Sequence record: NC_021531.1
Reading direction: 5' to 3' (one strand)
DNA: 64,000 nucleotides
A program made the position numbers and the translations under genes. Shown here piece after piece: positions 7,468-15,642 of the stretch. Below the pieces are notes generated by a model, which did not search any database, was not told the origin of the DNA, and saw only the letters and a program-made list of their open reading frames with translations. The stretch's first letter is position 1. Each line of letters begins with the position of its first letter.

Positions 7468-8805
7468 TTAGACGACTTCCGGCCAGACCGAAGTACGGCT
7501 GAGTACACGGTATTCCACATTTTCATGTTCGAAGATGTAGAACGCCAAGTCTTTGTTACTTTCATCAATGACCTTCACCACATCAGTGGTGCCGGCATAC
7601 GGATGGTACTCTTCAGCCGCAATCAAAGCCTGGATGTACAGACGAATCCACTCGGTGGTGGGTTTCGACACACGTGAGATTTCACTGGACGACGTAGAGA
7701 TTAACGCGTAGTCCGGAATGGTTTCATGCAGTGTCTTTTTATTGTCTGCGTTTTCAGGCCCACTGATACAGACCGCGCTAAGCGATTTGTACTGCGCAGG
7801 GATAATGCACACATCAGTGGCTGGCACTTTATGCGGAATAGTTGTGTCTGATTCAGTCGCAGACCATTCGCCGAAAGTGTCAATGGATTTCAGGATGAAA
7901 TCGTATGGAAGCATCGGGGAGTAGAGTGACGCAATATCTTCCATGTTGGGGATACCGCGAACCTGCCAACCCGGAATAAAAGTAAAGCGTGTAGTCGAGA
8001 AAAGATCGGGAAACACTTTCGCCCAATCCGCACGACTATATCCTGACTGCGACAGAACGGCGTTTTGATACGCCTCTTTGACGTATGTCGGGTTACGTCC
8101 CTGAGGGCCGTAAATGATACAGGTAAAGACGATATTCGGGATAGTGGATTCACTGTTCTCGCGGTCATGCCACGTGTAGTAATTCGTGTGGATGGCCGTA
8201 TAAGGGAATTTATTTGCCATTTCATTCACTTTATCGTGATGGTCTGGCAGATTCCATTCTTCTAATGCTTTTTCGACCACCGTCTTAACCGACTGGAATG
8301 TGTCGATAGGATTCAGCATCAAAATGACTTCGATGTCAAAGCCACGATAATCCTTGGCAAAGTCGGCATCGGAGAACCAGAGACGGATTTCGTTCTCTTC
8401 CTGCCCTTCGAGCGTGTAGGCAATCCAACGTGGGAACCAGTTCCCCTTGCCTTCAATCATCGCGCCGGTAGACACTTTAGAGATTTTGGATGAAAACTGT
8501 CCGACCAGCAGACGCTGGAATTCGACTTCGTCGTTTTTCAGCACGCCGTTAATCGCTTGTGAATAAATCCACTGCGTGACTGTTAATACGTTATCGGAGA
8601 ACGACGACGGAACAGTAATGGCTACCTTATCTCGTTTCGAGGTGAAGGCAACCAGTTCCACCTGCATGTTTGCTTTACTAAACCATTGTTTATCTTTAGC
8701 AAAGCTGGTAGCATACTCTGAGAGCTCCCCTACAGGAGCTGTAACACCGCCGGGTGTATTGTCTTTCAGCGGTCCAATATTGATGAACCCTTGTAAATCG
8801 TACAT
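7468..8805 (-). CDS. putative virion structural protein (phiKZ-like conserved)
   Basis: 445 aa. N-terminus MYDLQGFINIGPLKDNTPGGVTAPVGELS resembles a conserved phiKZ-like virion protein. GGAG RBS. Confidence 0.6.
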   Translation of the reverse strand: MYDLQGFINIGPLKDNTPGGVTAPVGELSEYATSFAKDKQWFSKANMQVELVAFTSKRDKVAITVPSSFSDNVLTVTQWIYSQAINGVLKNDEVEFQRLLVGQFSSKISKVSTGAMIEGKGNWFPRWIAYTLEGQEENEIRLWFSDADFAKDYRGFDIEVILMLNPIDTFQSVKTVVEKALEEWNLPDHHDKVNEMANKFPYTAIHTNYYTWHDRENSESTIPNIVFTCIIYGPQGRNPTYVKEAYQNAVLSQSGYSRADWAKVFPDLFSTTRFTFIPGWQVRGIPNMEDIASLYSPMLPYDFILKSIDTFGEWSATESDTTIPHKVPATDVCIIPAQYKSLSAVCISGPENADNKKTLHETIPDYALISTSSSEISRVSKPTTEWIRLYIQALIAAEEYHPYAGTTDVVKVIDESNKDLAFYIFEHENVEYRVLSRTSVWPEVV

Positions 8806-8825
8806 ATAACTACTCCGAGGTAAAT

Positions 8826-9341
8826 ATGGTAGCGGGTATAATTAAGCTCCTACCACTATTGACGTTTCTGCTGGAAGTATTCAAATCTGATGATGGCAAA
8901 TTCACGGCGAAAGCTAAAGCAGTTTTCCTCGCGTTTCTGGCAATTCTCAGCTTCTCTGCTTACGTTTCGTACGCATACGTTCAGCAGTTTCACGCTTTAG
9001 TGGAACTGAAAGCTCATCAGCAGTACCTGATAAAGTCCGAAGGCGACGCCAACGGGCGGGCACTCCGGTTAGAAAACCGGGTTACCGAGTTGGAAAACAA
9101 ACTCGATGTCTGCCGCAACCGGCCGCCATATGATGGCGTGTCGGTGCGAACTCCAAAACCAACTCAGCCAGATATTATCTCTACGCCAGCCGCCGTAATT
9201 AAAACTCCAACCCCTCCCAAACATCCAGTGCCGTATAAGCCAGATGTAATTCTGCCGACTACGGCTATTGTTTCACGGGAGGATAAGGAGAAAGGGCTTG
9301 CTGACCGTATGGATAAAATCACGCGACACATAAATAATTAA
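8826..9341 (+). CDS. membrane-anchored coiled-coil protein, candidate i-spanin
   Basis: TM segment at about aa 31-52, coiled coil with one Cys, Pro-rich linker. Confidence 0.45.
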   Translation: MVAGIIKLLPLLTFLLEVFKSDDGKFTAKAKAVFLAFLAILSFSAYVSYAYVQQFHALVELKAHQQYLIKSEGDANGRALRLENRVTELENKLDVCRNRPPYDGVSVRTPKPTQPDIISTPAAVIKTPTPPKHPVPYKPDVILPTTAIVSREDKEKGLADRMDKITRHINN

Positions 9342-9350
9342 GAGGTCGTT

Positions 9351-9797
9351 ATGCCGTGGGTAATATGGTTCTTAGTAATAATGCTAACCGGCTGTTCATC
9401 TTTCAGTGGGTATCGTGACGGTGCGGTGTCGCAACTGAAGGATGGGCCGGACGTTACTGATTACCGTAACGCCGAATCCAGCGATGCCGTATTACGCGAT
9501 TACGTGACAGAGGTCAATCTGTACGCGTTTTATGTATTTAACTACACGAAAGCACTGAACGAGTACGCAATGAAACACGGCTGGCATCCGTTACCGATAC
9601 CGCCGGTTTGCGAACAGTACACGATGCCGGGATTAATGGACATTCCCGATTTTGTGTTCCGTCGCGGAATCAAATCCGATGACGAAGTTGACATGGCCTT
9701 AGCAAGTTATATCCGCGCACTACGGGCAAGGATGAACGAAAATGCACTGCGCGTAAATAGAGCTTTTGCTAAGCACCGTGAGGCGTGTATTTACTAA
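9351..9797 (+). CDS. lipoprotein, candidate o-spanin
   Basis: Signal with lipobox LTGC (MPWVIWFLVIMLTGC-SS). Ser-Ser after the Cys suggests outer-membrane sorting. Confidence 0.55.
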   Translation: MPWVIWFLVIMLTGCSSFSGYRDGAVSQLKDGPDVTDYRNAESSDAVLRDYVTEVNLYAFYVFNYTKALNEYAMKHGWHPLPIPPVCEQYTMPGLMDIPDFVFRRGIKSDDEVDMALASYIRALRARMNENALRVNRAFAKHREACIY

Positions 9798-9803
9798 TAA
9801 GAC

Positions 9804-9838
9804 GGCTGTCCTTCGGGACAGCCCCTTCTTACTTTTTT
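9804..9838 (+). terminator. intrinsic terminator
   Basis: GGCTGTCC-TTCG-GGACAGCC followed by a T-rich run. Confidence 0.8.
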
Positions 9839-9880
9839 ACGCTATACCGTATTACTGTGTATACATTAAGGAGACCCCCA

Positions 9881-10609
9881 ATGGCACATTACATTCCAAA
9901 GCTTCCGGCTATCGTCCATGCTATCGATACCGAAACCAAGGCGTTACGACCGAATGCGTATATTCTTAGCATGGGTGGCTCGACCTTTGATATTGCTACC
10001 TTATCACTGCTGGGTTGTACTTACGTGGCAGTTGACCCTAATGACCCCGAAGCAGATAAAATCTTCGACACCGACTCGAGCACCGTGGCGTGGTGGAACG
10101 GTGAAGGTGACCCGGCCTTTGCACCAACACCAGAAGCGAAAAAGGCAGCATGGTCGGGCACCACTAAAATCGATGTGGCGCTGAAAATCGTGGTCGAATA
10201 CTTCGAACAGTTTAAAAAGTTCGACTCTGTACTGGTTAGTCGCGGCCCAGAATTCGATATGCCGATTATGTGTAATGCGTTAGTTGCATGCAACGTGTTC
10301 CAAGGTATCTTCCGTAAGTTCTCAGCCTGCGAATCAGACCGTACTGTCGAACGTCTGATGTTGGCGTTCGGGTTGGATATGAATCAGGCGGTGGAAGAGC
10401 ACAACTGGGTCGGTAAAGGTCAGTGGGTTGAACATCACCCGAGCTTTGACTCTGCACGCAGTGCTTATCGTACGGCACGTGCCTATCATCTGGCGCATAT
10501 TGCCAAGAACTACGGGTTTGAGAAGATGCTGATTGCACATAAGGCGCTGTGTGAAGGCACTTATAACCCGGCTCTGGGATACAAAGGGGAATTCAATGGA
10601 GCAGGCTGA
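9881..10609 (+). CDS. DEDDh-family 3'-5' exonuclease
   Basis: AIDTETK (ExoI), SRGPEFDMPIM (ExoII), HHPSFDS (ExoIII). Start moved to ATG 9881 after TAAGGAG. Confidence 0.82.
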   Translation: MAHYIPKLPAIVHAIDTETKALRPNAYILSMGGSTFDIATLSLLGCTYVAVDPNDPEADKIFDTDSSTVAWWNGEGDPAFAPTPEAKKAAWSGTTKIDVALKIVVEYFEQFKKFDSVLVSRGPEFDMPIMCNALVACNVFQGIFRKFSACESDRTVERLMLAFGLDMNQAVEEHNWVGKGQWVEHHPSFDSARSAYRTARAYHLAHIAKNYGFEKMLIAHKALCEGTYNPALGYKGEFNGAG

Positions 10610-12137
10610 TGTAGCGGTGTTGTATACGGACGGTAGCCATTTCCCTGACCCGCATGGGTCAGGTGCAGGCATCTTCGCGTACACCATCGACAAACTGGAT
10701 GAAGGGTTTGCTGAGGGTTACAGTTTCCCGGGCATCCCTGAGGCTATCACGTCGGAAGGCTTTAAGCCAATGACCGTCTCTGACCCGAAACCTCTGTTGC
10801 CTGAAGGTCGGGTGAAGTTTTACGAGGCGGTAATTCCGGTGCGTCCCTCTTCTGCGCAGGTGGGTGAACTCGTTGCCTTCATTGCCGCGTTCGACGTTAC
10901 CCCCTTCAAGGCGAAGAAATACATTATCTACGCCGATTCCAATTACATGATTAACACGGTCACGGATTGGATTTGGGGCTGGGAACGTAAAGGCTGGATG
11001 CGAGCGGACGGTACGCCGTGTGCAAACCTCGATTTACTCAAACGCATGATTACGATTCTGCGGGCGATTAAAGAGCAGGGTATCACGTTGATAGTGAGAA
11101 AAATCAAAGCGCACAACGGGCACTTTGGTAATGAAGCTGCGGATAAGTTGGCGAAGCAAGGTGCTGCTGCATCTGCATTAACCAACGAACACAACTTCAC
11201 TCCGTTCTGGCGTGAGATTTATAACGAAGCGCCGGAAGACGAGGAAACGCCGGAGGTCTTCCAGAAACCGGAACTCCCGGGCGGCGGTATGGATATCACG
11301 TCACTGCCATCGATAATGTCGCACAAGTGGCATTACCTGCTGTCGGATGAAGAAATCCCGAGCATGACGCTCGCTAACGGCGAACGTTGGGAGTACGTTC
11401 TGTCTGGCCACCACGCGAAAGACAAGAACGACTTGGTTCTGGTCGGTAAGTTCTTGCCGGACGCGATGTTCTCCGTGACGATGCACCGTGAAGCGCCGCG
11501 TAACTTGAAGTTCATCGTTGATGAGCATGCAAGACGTGCGTGGGAAGGTGTGCCGATGCTGAAACAGTATCGTGCCGTCACCATGATTAACGGCGATTAC
11601 CTCAAACGTAAGAAGTTCGTTGAGGCAGCTAAGGACGGATTGCCGGTTGACCAGATGACGTTTAAGTCTGACGGTAACGCGTGGATGTTTGAAGACACCT
11701 GTATCAGTTACATGTTACGACCGGCTCTGCTTTCTTATCGGGCGCTGGAGATTCGCGATGAGCTGGCACAGATGTTGAAGGATGTTGTCGAAGGACATTC
11801 GAGTGTGGTCTTTAATGACATCACCGATAAGTTCTTCGATGAGGAACACAAACCGAGAAAGGACTACTACCGTAACGTAGACCGCAGCATTAAGATTGCG
11901 GTTAACTACCCGGGTAGCGAAAAGCCTATTGACGTGATTCTTTCACGTAGCATAGACATACCTTCTCGTACCGAGCTTAATCGCATTTATGAACCGGGCG
12001 GACGATTCGGTGTTGCGACGTGGCGACGGGACACACATTTAACTGTCTATGCTCTGGTGTATTTGGGCAAAGACGCACACGGCTTATGGATGGGATACTA
12101 CAGCGCTAAACGTATCCTGACGTTAGAACAAATTTAA
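10596..12137 (+). CDS. rnh: ribonuclease HI with long C-terminal extension (phiKZ gp155-like)
   Basis: LYTDGS, AQVGEL, IYADSNY, WERKGW, KIKAHNGHFGNEAADKLA. Start moved to ATG 10596. Confidence 0.92.
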   Translation: MEQADVAVLYTDGSHFPDPHGSGAGIFAYTIDKLDEGFAEGYSFPGIPEAITSEGFKPMTVSDPKPLLPEGRVKFYEAVIPVRPSSAQVGELVAFIAAFDVTPFKAKKYIIYADSNYMINTVTDWIWGWERKGWMRADGTPCANLDLLKRMITILRAIKEQGITLIVRKIKAHNGHFGNEAADKLAKQGAAASALTNEHNFTPFWREIYNEAPEDEETPEVFQKPELPGGGMDITSLPSIMSHKWHYLLSDEEIPSMTLANGERWEYVLSGHHAKDKNDLVLVGKFLPDAMFSVTMHREAPRNLKFIVDEHARRAWEGVPMLKQYRAVTMINGDYLKRKKFVEAAKDGLPVDQMTFKSDGNAWMFEDTCISYMLRPALLSYRALEIRDELAQMLKDVVEGHSSVVFNDITDKFFDEEHKPRKDYYRNVDRSIKIAVNYPGSEKPIDVILSRSIDIPSRTELNRIYEPGGRFGVATWRRDTHLTVYALVYLGKDAHGLWMGYYSAKRILTLEQI

Positions 12138-12156
12138 AATATATGTTATCGCGTGA
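12138..12156 (+). promoter_or_regulatory. putative early promoter
   Basis: AATATATGTTATCGCGTGA directly after the RNase H stop. Confidence 0.65.
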
Positions 12157-12179
12157 TACCAAAATGAGGAGTATTTGCA

Positions 12180-12956
12180 ATGCAAGTAGTAATGAGTTAT
12201 GAATTGTCGAAACTGAATGTTGAGTTTCGCAGCCTTTTAATGAAACACCTCATCACGCGATACTTTGAGGAGAACAAAATCCCGGACGTTTGGGCCGAGG
12301 AAAGCGAAGTCATTATTGAAGAGCTGGACATTCCGGCTCAGTTGGTTATCAGTCGTCTGTTTGGCGGTTGGTTGGACGCAGTGGTCAACCACGTCAATCA
12401 GGGTACGCCGCTTAGCGCAGAAGAGCTGGTCGAGTACCCCCACCAGATGGACGACCTCTACGACTCGTACAGTTTCGAGTCTGAGAAAGAATACCACCGG
12501 GACTTCTCCGGTTACATGGACCAGACCGCGTGGGAATTCATGGCCAAAGCTGCCGAGTATCTGACCGAGGATGAGATGCTCGCGACGATTCACGAGTTGC
12601 TTTCAAGCATCGGTGCAGAAATCTACGGCACCTTCAAAGCGCTATCGTTGGGAAAAGTTGTCGGTCTGTGGCACTCAATGGAAAATTACGAGCAGCTTAT
12701 CTGGCAAGGTAAGCCGGTGCTGTTCGCCATTGAAGCCGATGACTACGAGGTTCTGTATACAGGGCCGAAATCTGAGGAGTTCGCAGGTTCAGAAGAATCT
12801 AAGGTCACCACGGGGCCGGGAGAATATTTCTATCTGTGGAACGGCAAACTCATCACGTACGGTAACCGCATCGTGAAAATCCCAGCTGGCGATACCATTC
12901 AAGTCTGCGAACTGAAAGACGATGTGGTATCCAAAATCGAAAGGGCTTCTGAATGA
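12180..12956 (+). CDS. acidic hypothetical protein (paralog of the next gene)
   Basis: GAGGAG RBS. Glu/Asp-rich. Confidence 0.85.
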   Translation: MQVVMSYELSKLNVEFRSLLMKHLITRYFEENKIPDVWAEESEVIIEELDIPAQLVISRLFGGWLDAVVNHVNQGTPLSAEELVEYPHQMDDLYDSYSFESEKEYHRDFSGYMDQTAWEFMAKAAEYLTEDEMLATIHELLSSIGAEIYGTFKALSLGKVVGLWHSMENYEQLIWQGKPVLFAIEADDYEVLYTGPKSEEFAGSEESKVTTGPGEYFYLWNGKLITYGNRIVKIPAGDTIQVCELKDDVVSKIERASE

Positions 12957-13759
12957 AGAAAGTCATCAGTGGCGTAATCACTTCCCTCAAAACTTCCATT
13001 CGTAATGAGTGGGATACGTGGTGGGAAAGTGAATTCAGCGTGGCAACACCTGAGCATTATCGACCGTACGTTGAGGGTATCAACATCTCCGGCCAGTTAA
13101 GTATCGAGCAGGTGAAGTCCCTGCCGTACTGGACGATGGCGAACGACGCGGTGCAGGAGTTCCAGAAACGTCTGTTCGAAGCGCTGTTCAAAGAGTATAA
13201 CTTGCGGGACACCTACGACCATTCGCATTTCATGCATGTGCTGTTGGATGTGTTCGGTGAAACGTGGGATAACGACCTGCAAGTGCTGCTCGACAAAGTG
13301 GATACCCACGAGTGGGAACACCGTGATGCGTGTGACGTGTTCGTTAAGAACATGATTACCACGTTCATGGACCAGCTTGTGGAAATCATGACGTCAGAGT
13401 GGTCTGAGGCGTTCTACTTCGGCTTCTTTGAAGAGATGGATGGGATTGAGGAAAGTCTGCCAGCGTTGGGTATCACACCACTGGTCGACCTGGCCGATTT
13501 CTCTGCTGACCCACAAAGTCGTATCTGCATCATTGAGAGCGACGATGTGTCTTACGAAGCCATTAAGACGTGGGACGGTTCACAAGACGTAATCGAATGG
13601 TTACGTCAGGGGCTGGAGAACGCGCATTTGCAACGCATCATCTGGCTGGTTAATGGGCAAGTCGAACTCGACATGGCTCACCGTACGCTGAACACTGGCG
13701 ACATTATTAAGAAGTGCCTGTTAAAATTAGGAGCAAACCCAAGTGCAGTTAATCATTGA
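12953..13759 (+). CDS. acidic hypothetical protein (paralog of the previous gene)
   Basis: ATGA overlap. Shares IE.DD, L.NG and GD.I..C.LK with 12180..12956. Confidence 0.85.
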   Translation: MKKVISGVITSLKTSIRNEWDTWWESEFSVATPEHYRPYVEGINISGQLSIEQVKSLPYWTMANDAVQEFQKRLFEALFKEYNLRDTYDHSHFMHVLLDVFGETWDNDLQVLLDKVDTHEWEHRDACDVFVKNMITTFMDQLVEIMTSEWSEAFYFGFFEEMDGIEESLPALGITPLVDLADFSADPQSRICIIESDDVSYEAIKTWDGSQDVIEWLRQGLENAHLQRIIWLVNGQVELDMAHRTLNTGDIIKKCLLKLGANPSAVNH

Positions 13760-14276
13760 TTTTCGTAATAGTGACGTATCCGACGCGCTCCGCAATCTGA
13801 GCAACGGCATGAAAACCAATGTTATGCTTCTTATCGAAGAGGCATTGGGCATGACGGAAATCAAGTTGTCGGTTGACACGGGTAACGATCATGTGTTTAT
13901 CAACAACGCTAATTTGGCTGATATCGTGGAAGATGTCATCACCCGCGAACTGCAACGCATCTTCGGGCAAGCGGTAACGATTAACACCGGTAATTTCAAC
14001 GACGTGTCTGAGTTCCTCGAACTATGCTCACAACGTTTCGGTGAAATCTTTAACCGACTGGTTACCGAAGCACAGGCCACCGAACTGACAGCCAAAATGT
14101 TGGTCGACGGTCAGGCGGCAGGCGACTTCAAAGATACCTTGACCAATCTGGTGCCAGCGGAAACGTGGGCGGGGATTGAGAAAGAATTCGATGAAGGCCG
14201 TCAGCAAGCTCTCCGTATAATGCGTACATCGCTGGAAAGTTTGATGGCATCACTCGAACCGGGGTCAGTCATGTAA
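13743..14276 (+). CDS. hypothetical protein
   Basis: GTG start after AGGAG. Confidence 0.8.
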   Translation: MQLIIDFRNSDVSDALRNLSNGMKTNVMLLIEEALGMTEIKLSVDTGNDHVFINNANLADIVEDVITRELQRIFGQAVTINTGNFNDVSEFLELCSQRFGEIFNRLVTEAQATELTAKMLVDGQAAGDFKDTLTNLVPAETWAGIEKEFDEGRQQALRIMRTSLESLMASLEPGSVM

Positions 14277-14286
14277 GGAGTGGCGT

Positions 14287-14741
14287 ATGCAATACGTCTT
14301 CTCGTTAGATTACAACCAGCTCTCTATTCCCAACCGTCGTCATCTTCGCAATGCAGTGGCTCGCTTACGGCGAGCTGTTGCTTCGGGGATTGTGCTCAGT
14401 CATGGGAAAGGTCAGTGGAAAGGATGCAGTAAAGCAGTTGCTTGTCAAATGGCCGGTGAGGTTAAACCTCACTTAACAAAAACTCACACCGTTGAAATTA
14501 AACGCGTGGGGACAGCGGAAGCGGTCTTTAAAATCCTGCGCGACGCTGCTAACCTTGAAGTCGTATTGCCTGACAATATCCAATTAGATGAAAAGACTGT
14601 ACACGGTCTCTCGCCCGAAGCGAAAGGTCGTATGCAGGGTGCTTGGCACTACTTTCGTGATACCGTGAAATGGATTACGGAAGATGAGCTGCATGAGCAA
14701 GCTGAACGGATATACGGTCAGTTGATTGCCAAGAAAAATAA
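14287..14741 (+). CDS. hypothetical protein (about 150 aa). Probable true stop TAA 14739-14741 is out of frame by one base.
   Basis: AAGGAG RBS. The track ORF (to 15114) runs through a terminator and antisense into the next gene. Confidence 0.6.
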
Positions 14742-14748
14742 GAAACTG

Positions 14749-14772
14749 CCTACTACCCTCACGGGTAGTAGG
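14749..14772. terminator. bidirectional terminator hairpin
   Basis: CCTACTACCC-TCAC-GGGTAGTAGG between convergent genes. Confidence 0.75.
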
Positions 14773-14778
14773 TCGGTT

Positions 14779-15540
14779 TTATGCTTTATCTTTTTTTGCC
14801 AGCGTTTTGATTTGGTCAGTAGTGGCGTTGATGCAGTTAGTCATCTCGTCAATCTGACGCATGAACAGGCCGAGCAGCTGAACCCACGCATCACACATGT
14901 CAACCAGTTTAACCAGCTCTTTCGACACGTTCGGGTTCACATCCGCTTCACTGATAATCTCGCACGAGCCAGAGATAGACTCGACCAGACCCAGAGTGTC
15001 TTTACGCATCGACTTAGAGATGGAGTCACGCAGTGCCTTAGCGCGGTGGAACGTGGATTCCAGTTCGCTGGCCGAGCGGTAAGTTTTCTCGAAGGCGCGT
15101 TGGTCAATTGCTGACGCAATATAGTTCTTCGAGAGTTTGCTAACGAGATCGTCAGGGTTAACATTAGACAGTGGGTATTTGAAACCTGACATGCGAAACG
15201 CTACGGGAACCGTTAACATAGCCGGTGCATTAGCCAGACCTGCCAGTTCGTTGTTAACGGGTTTCAACACACCGTCAACCACACCTTCCAGCACTTTCCA
15301 CACATCTTCGAGTTGTTTGATGTGGTCAAACACAAACGCGTTAAAGCCCGGCGGTACCGGAACCTGCATACCAAGGAAGTTGGCGTACTGCTCGCGTTTA
15401 ATCCATTTGCTGACTTCGTCGACATCGCTGTAAGTGGCCAGAACGACGTCGTCTTTGGTACCACTAAAAAAGCGTGGGACGATAGTGGTCACGTTACTGA
15501 CCATGGTGGCCATAGCTGGCCCGATGTCACGGATATTCAT
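14779..15540 (-). CDS. conserved hypothetical, probable virion protein
   Basis: 253 aa, divergent from uvsX as in phiKZ-like phages (synteny from memory). Confidence 0.6.
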   Translation of the reverse strand: MNIRDIGPAMATMVSNVTTIVPRFFSGTKDDVVLATYSDVDEVSKWIKREQYANFLGMQVPVPPGFNAFVFDHIKQLEDVWKVLEGVVDGVLKPVNNELAGLANAPAMLTVPVAFRMSGFKYPLSNVNPDDLVSKLSKNYIASAIDQRAFEKTYRSASELESTFHRAKALRDSISKSMRKDTLGLVESISGSCEIISEADVNPNVSKELVKLVDMCDAWVQLLGLFMRQIDEMTNCINATTDQIKTLAKKDKA

Positions 15541-15642
15541 TGGTAATCCTTCGGTTAAGGGTCGGAATCATACTAAAGACACTTTTTACAACTTGACGAT
15601 AAGATATGTATAACTAACCCCAATAATTAATGGAGCACTACG

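Noticed and set aside
14742-15114. C-terminal extension of the 275-aa track ORF
   Set aside because: It crosses a terminator and is antisense to a real gene. Treated as a consequence of the A5-TAA anomaly rather than a real domain.
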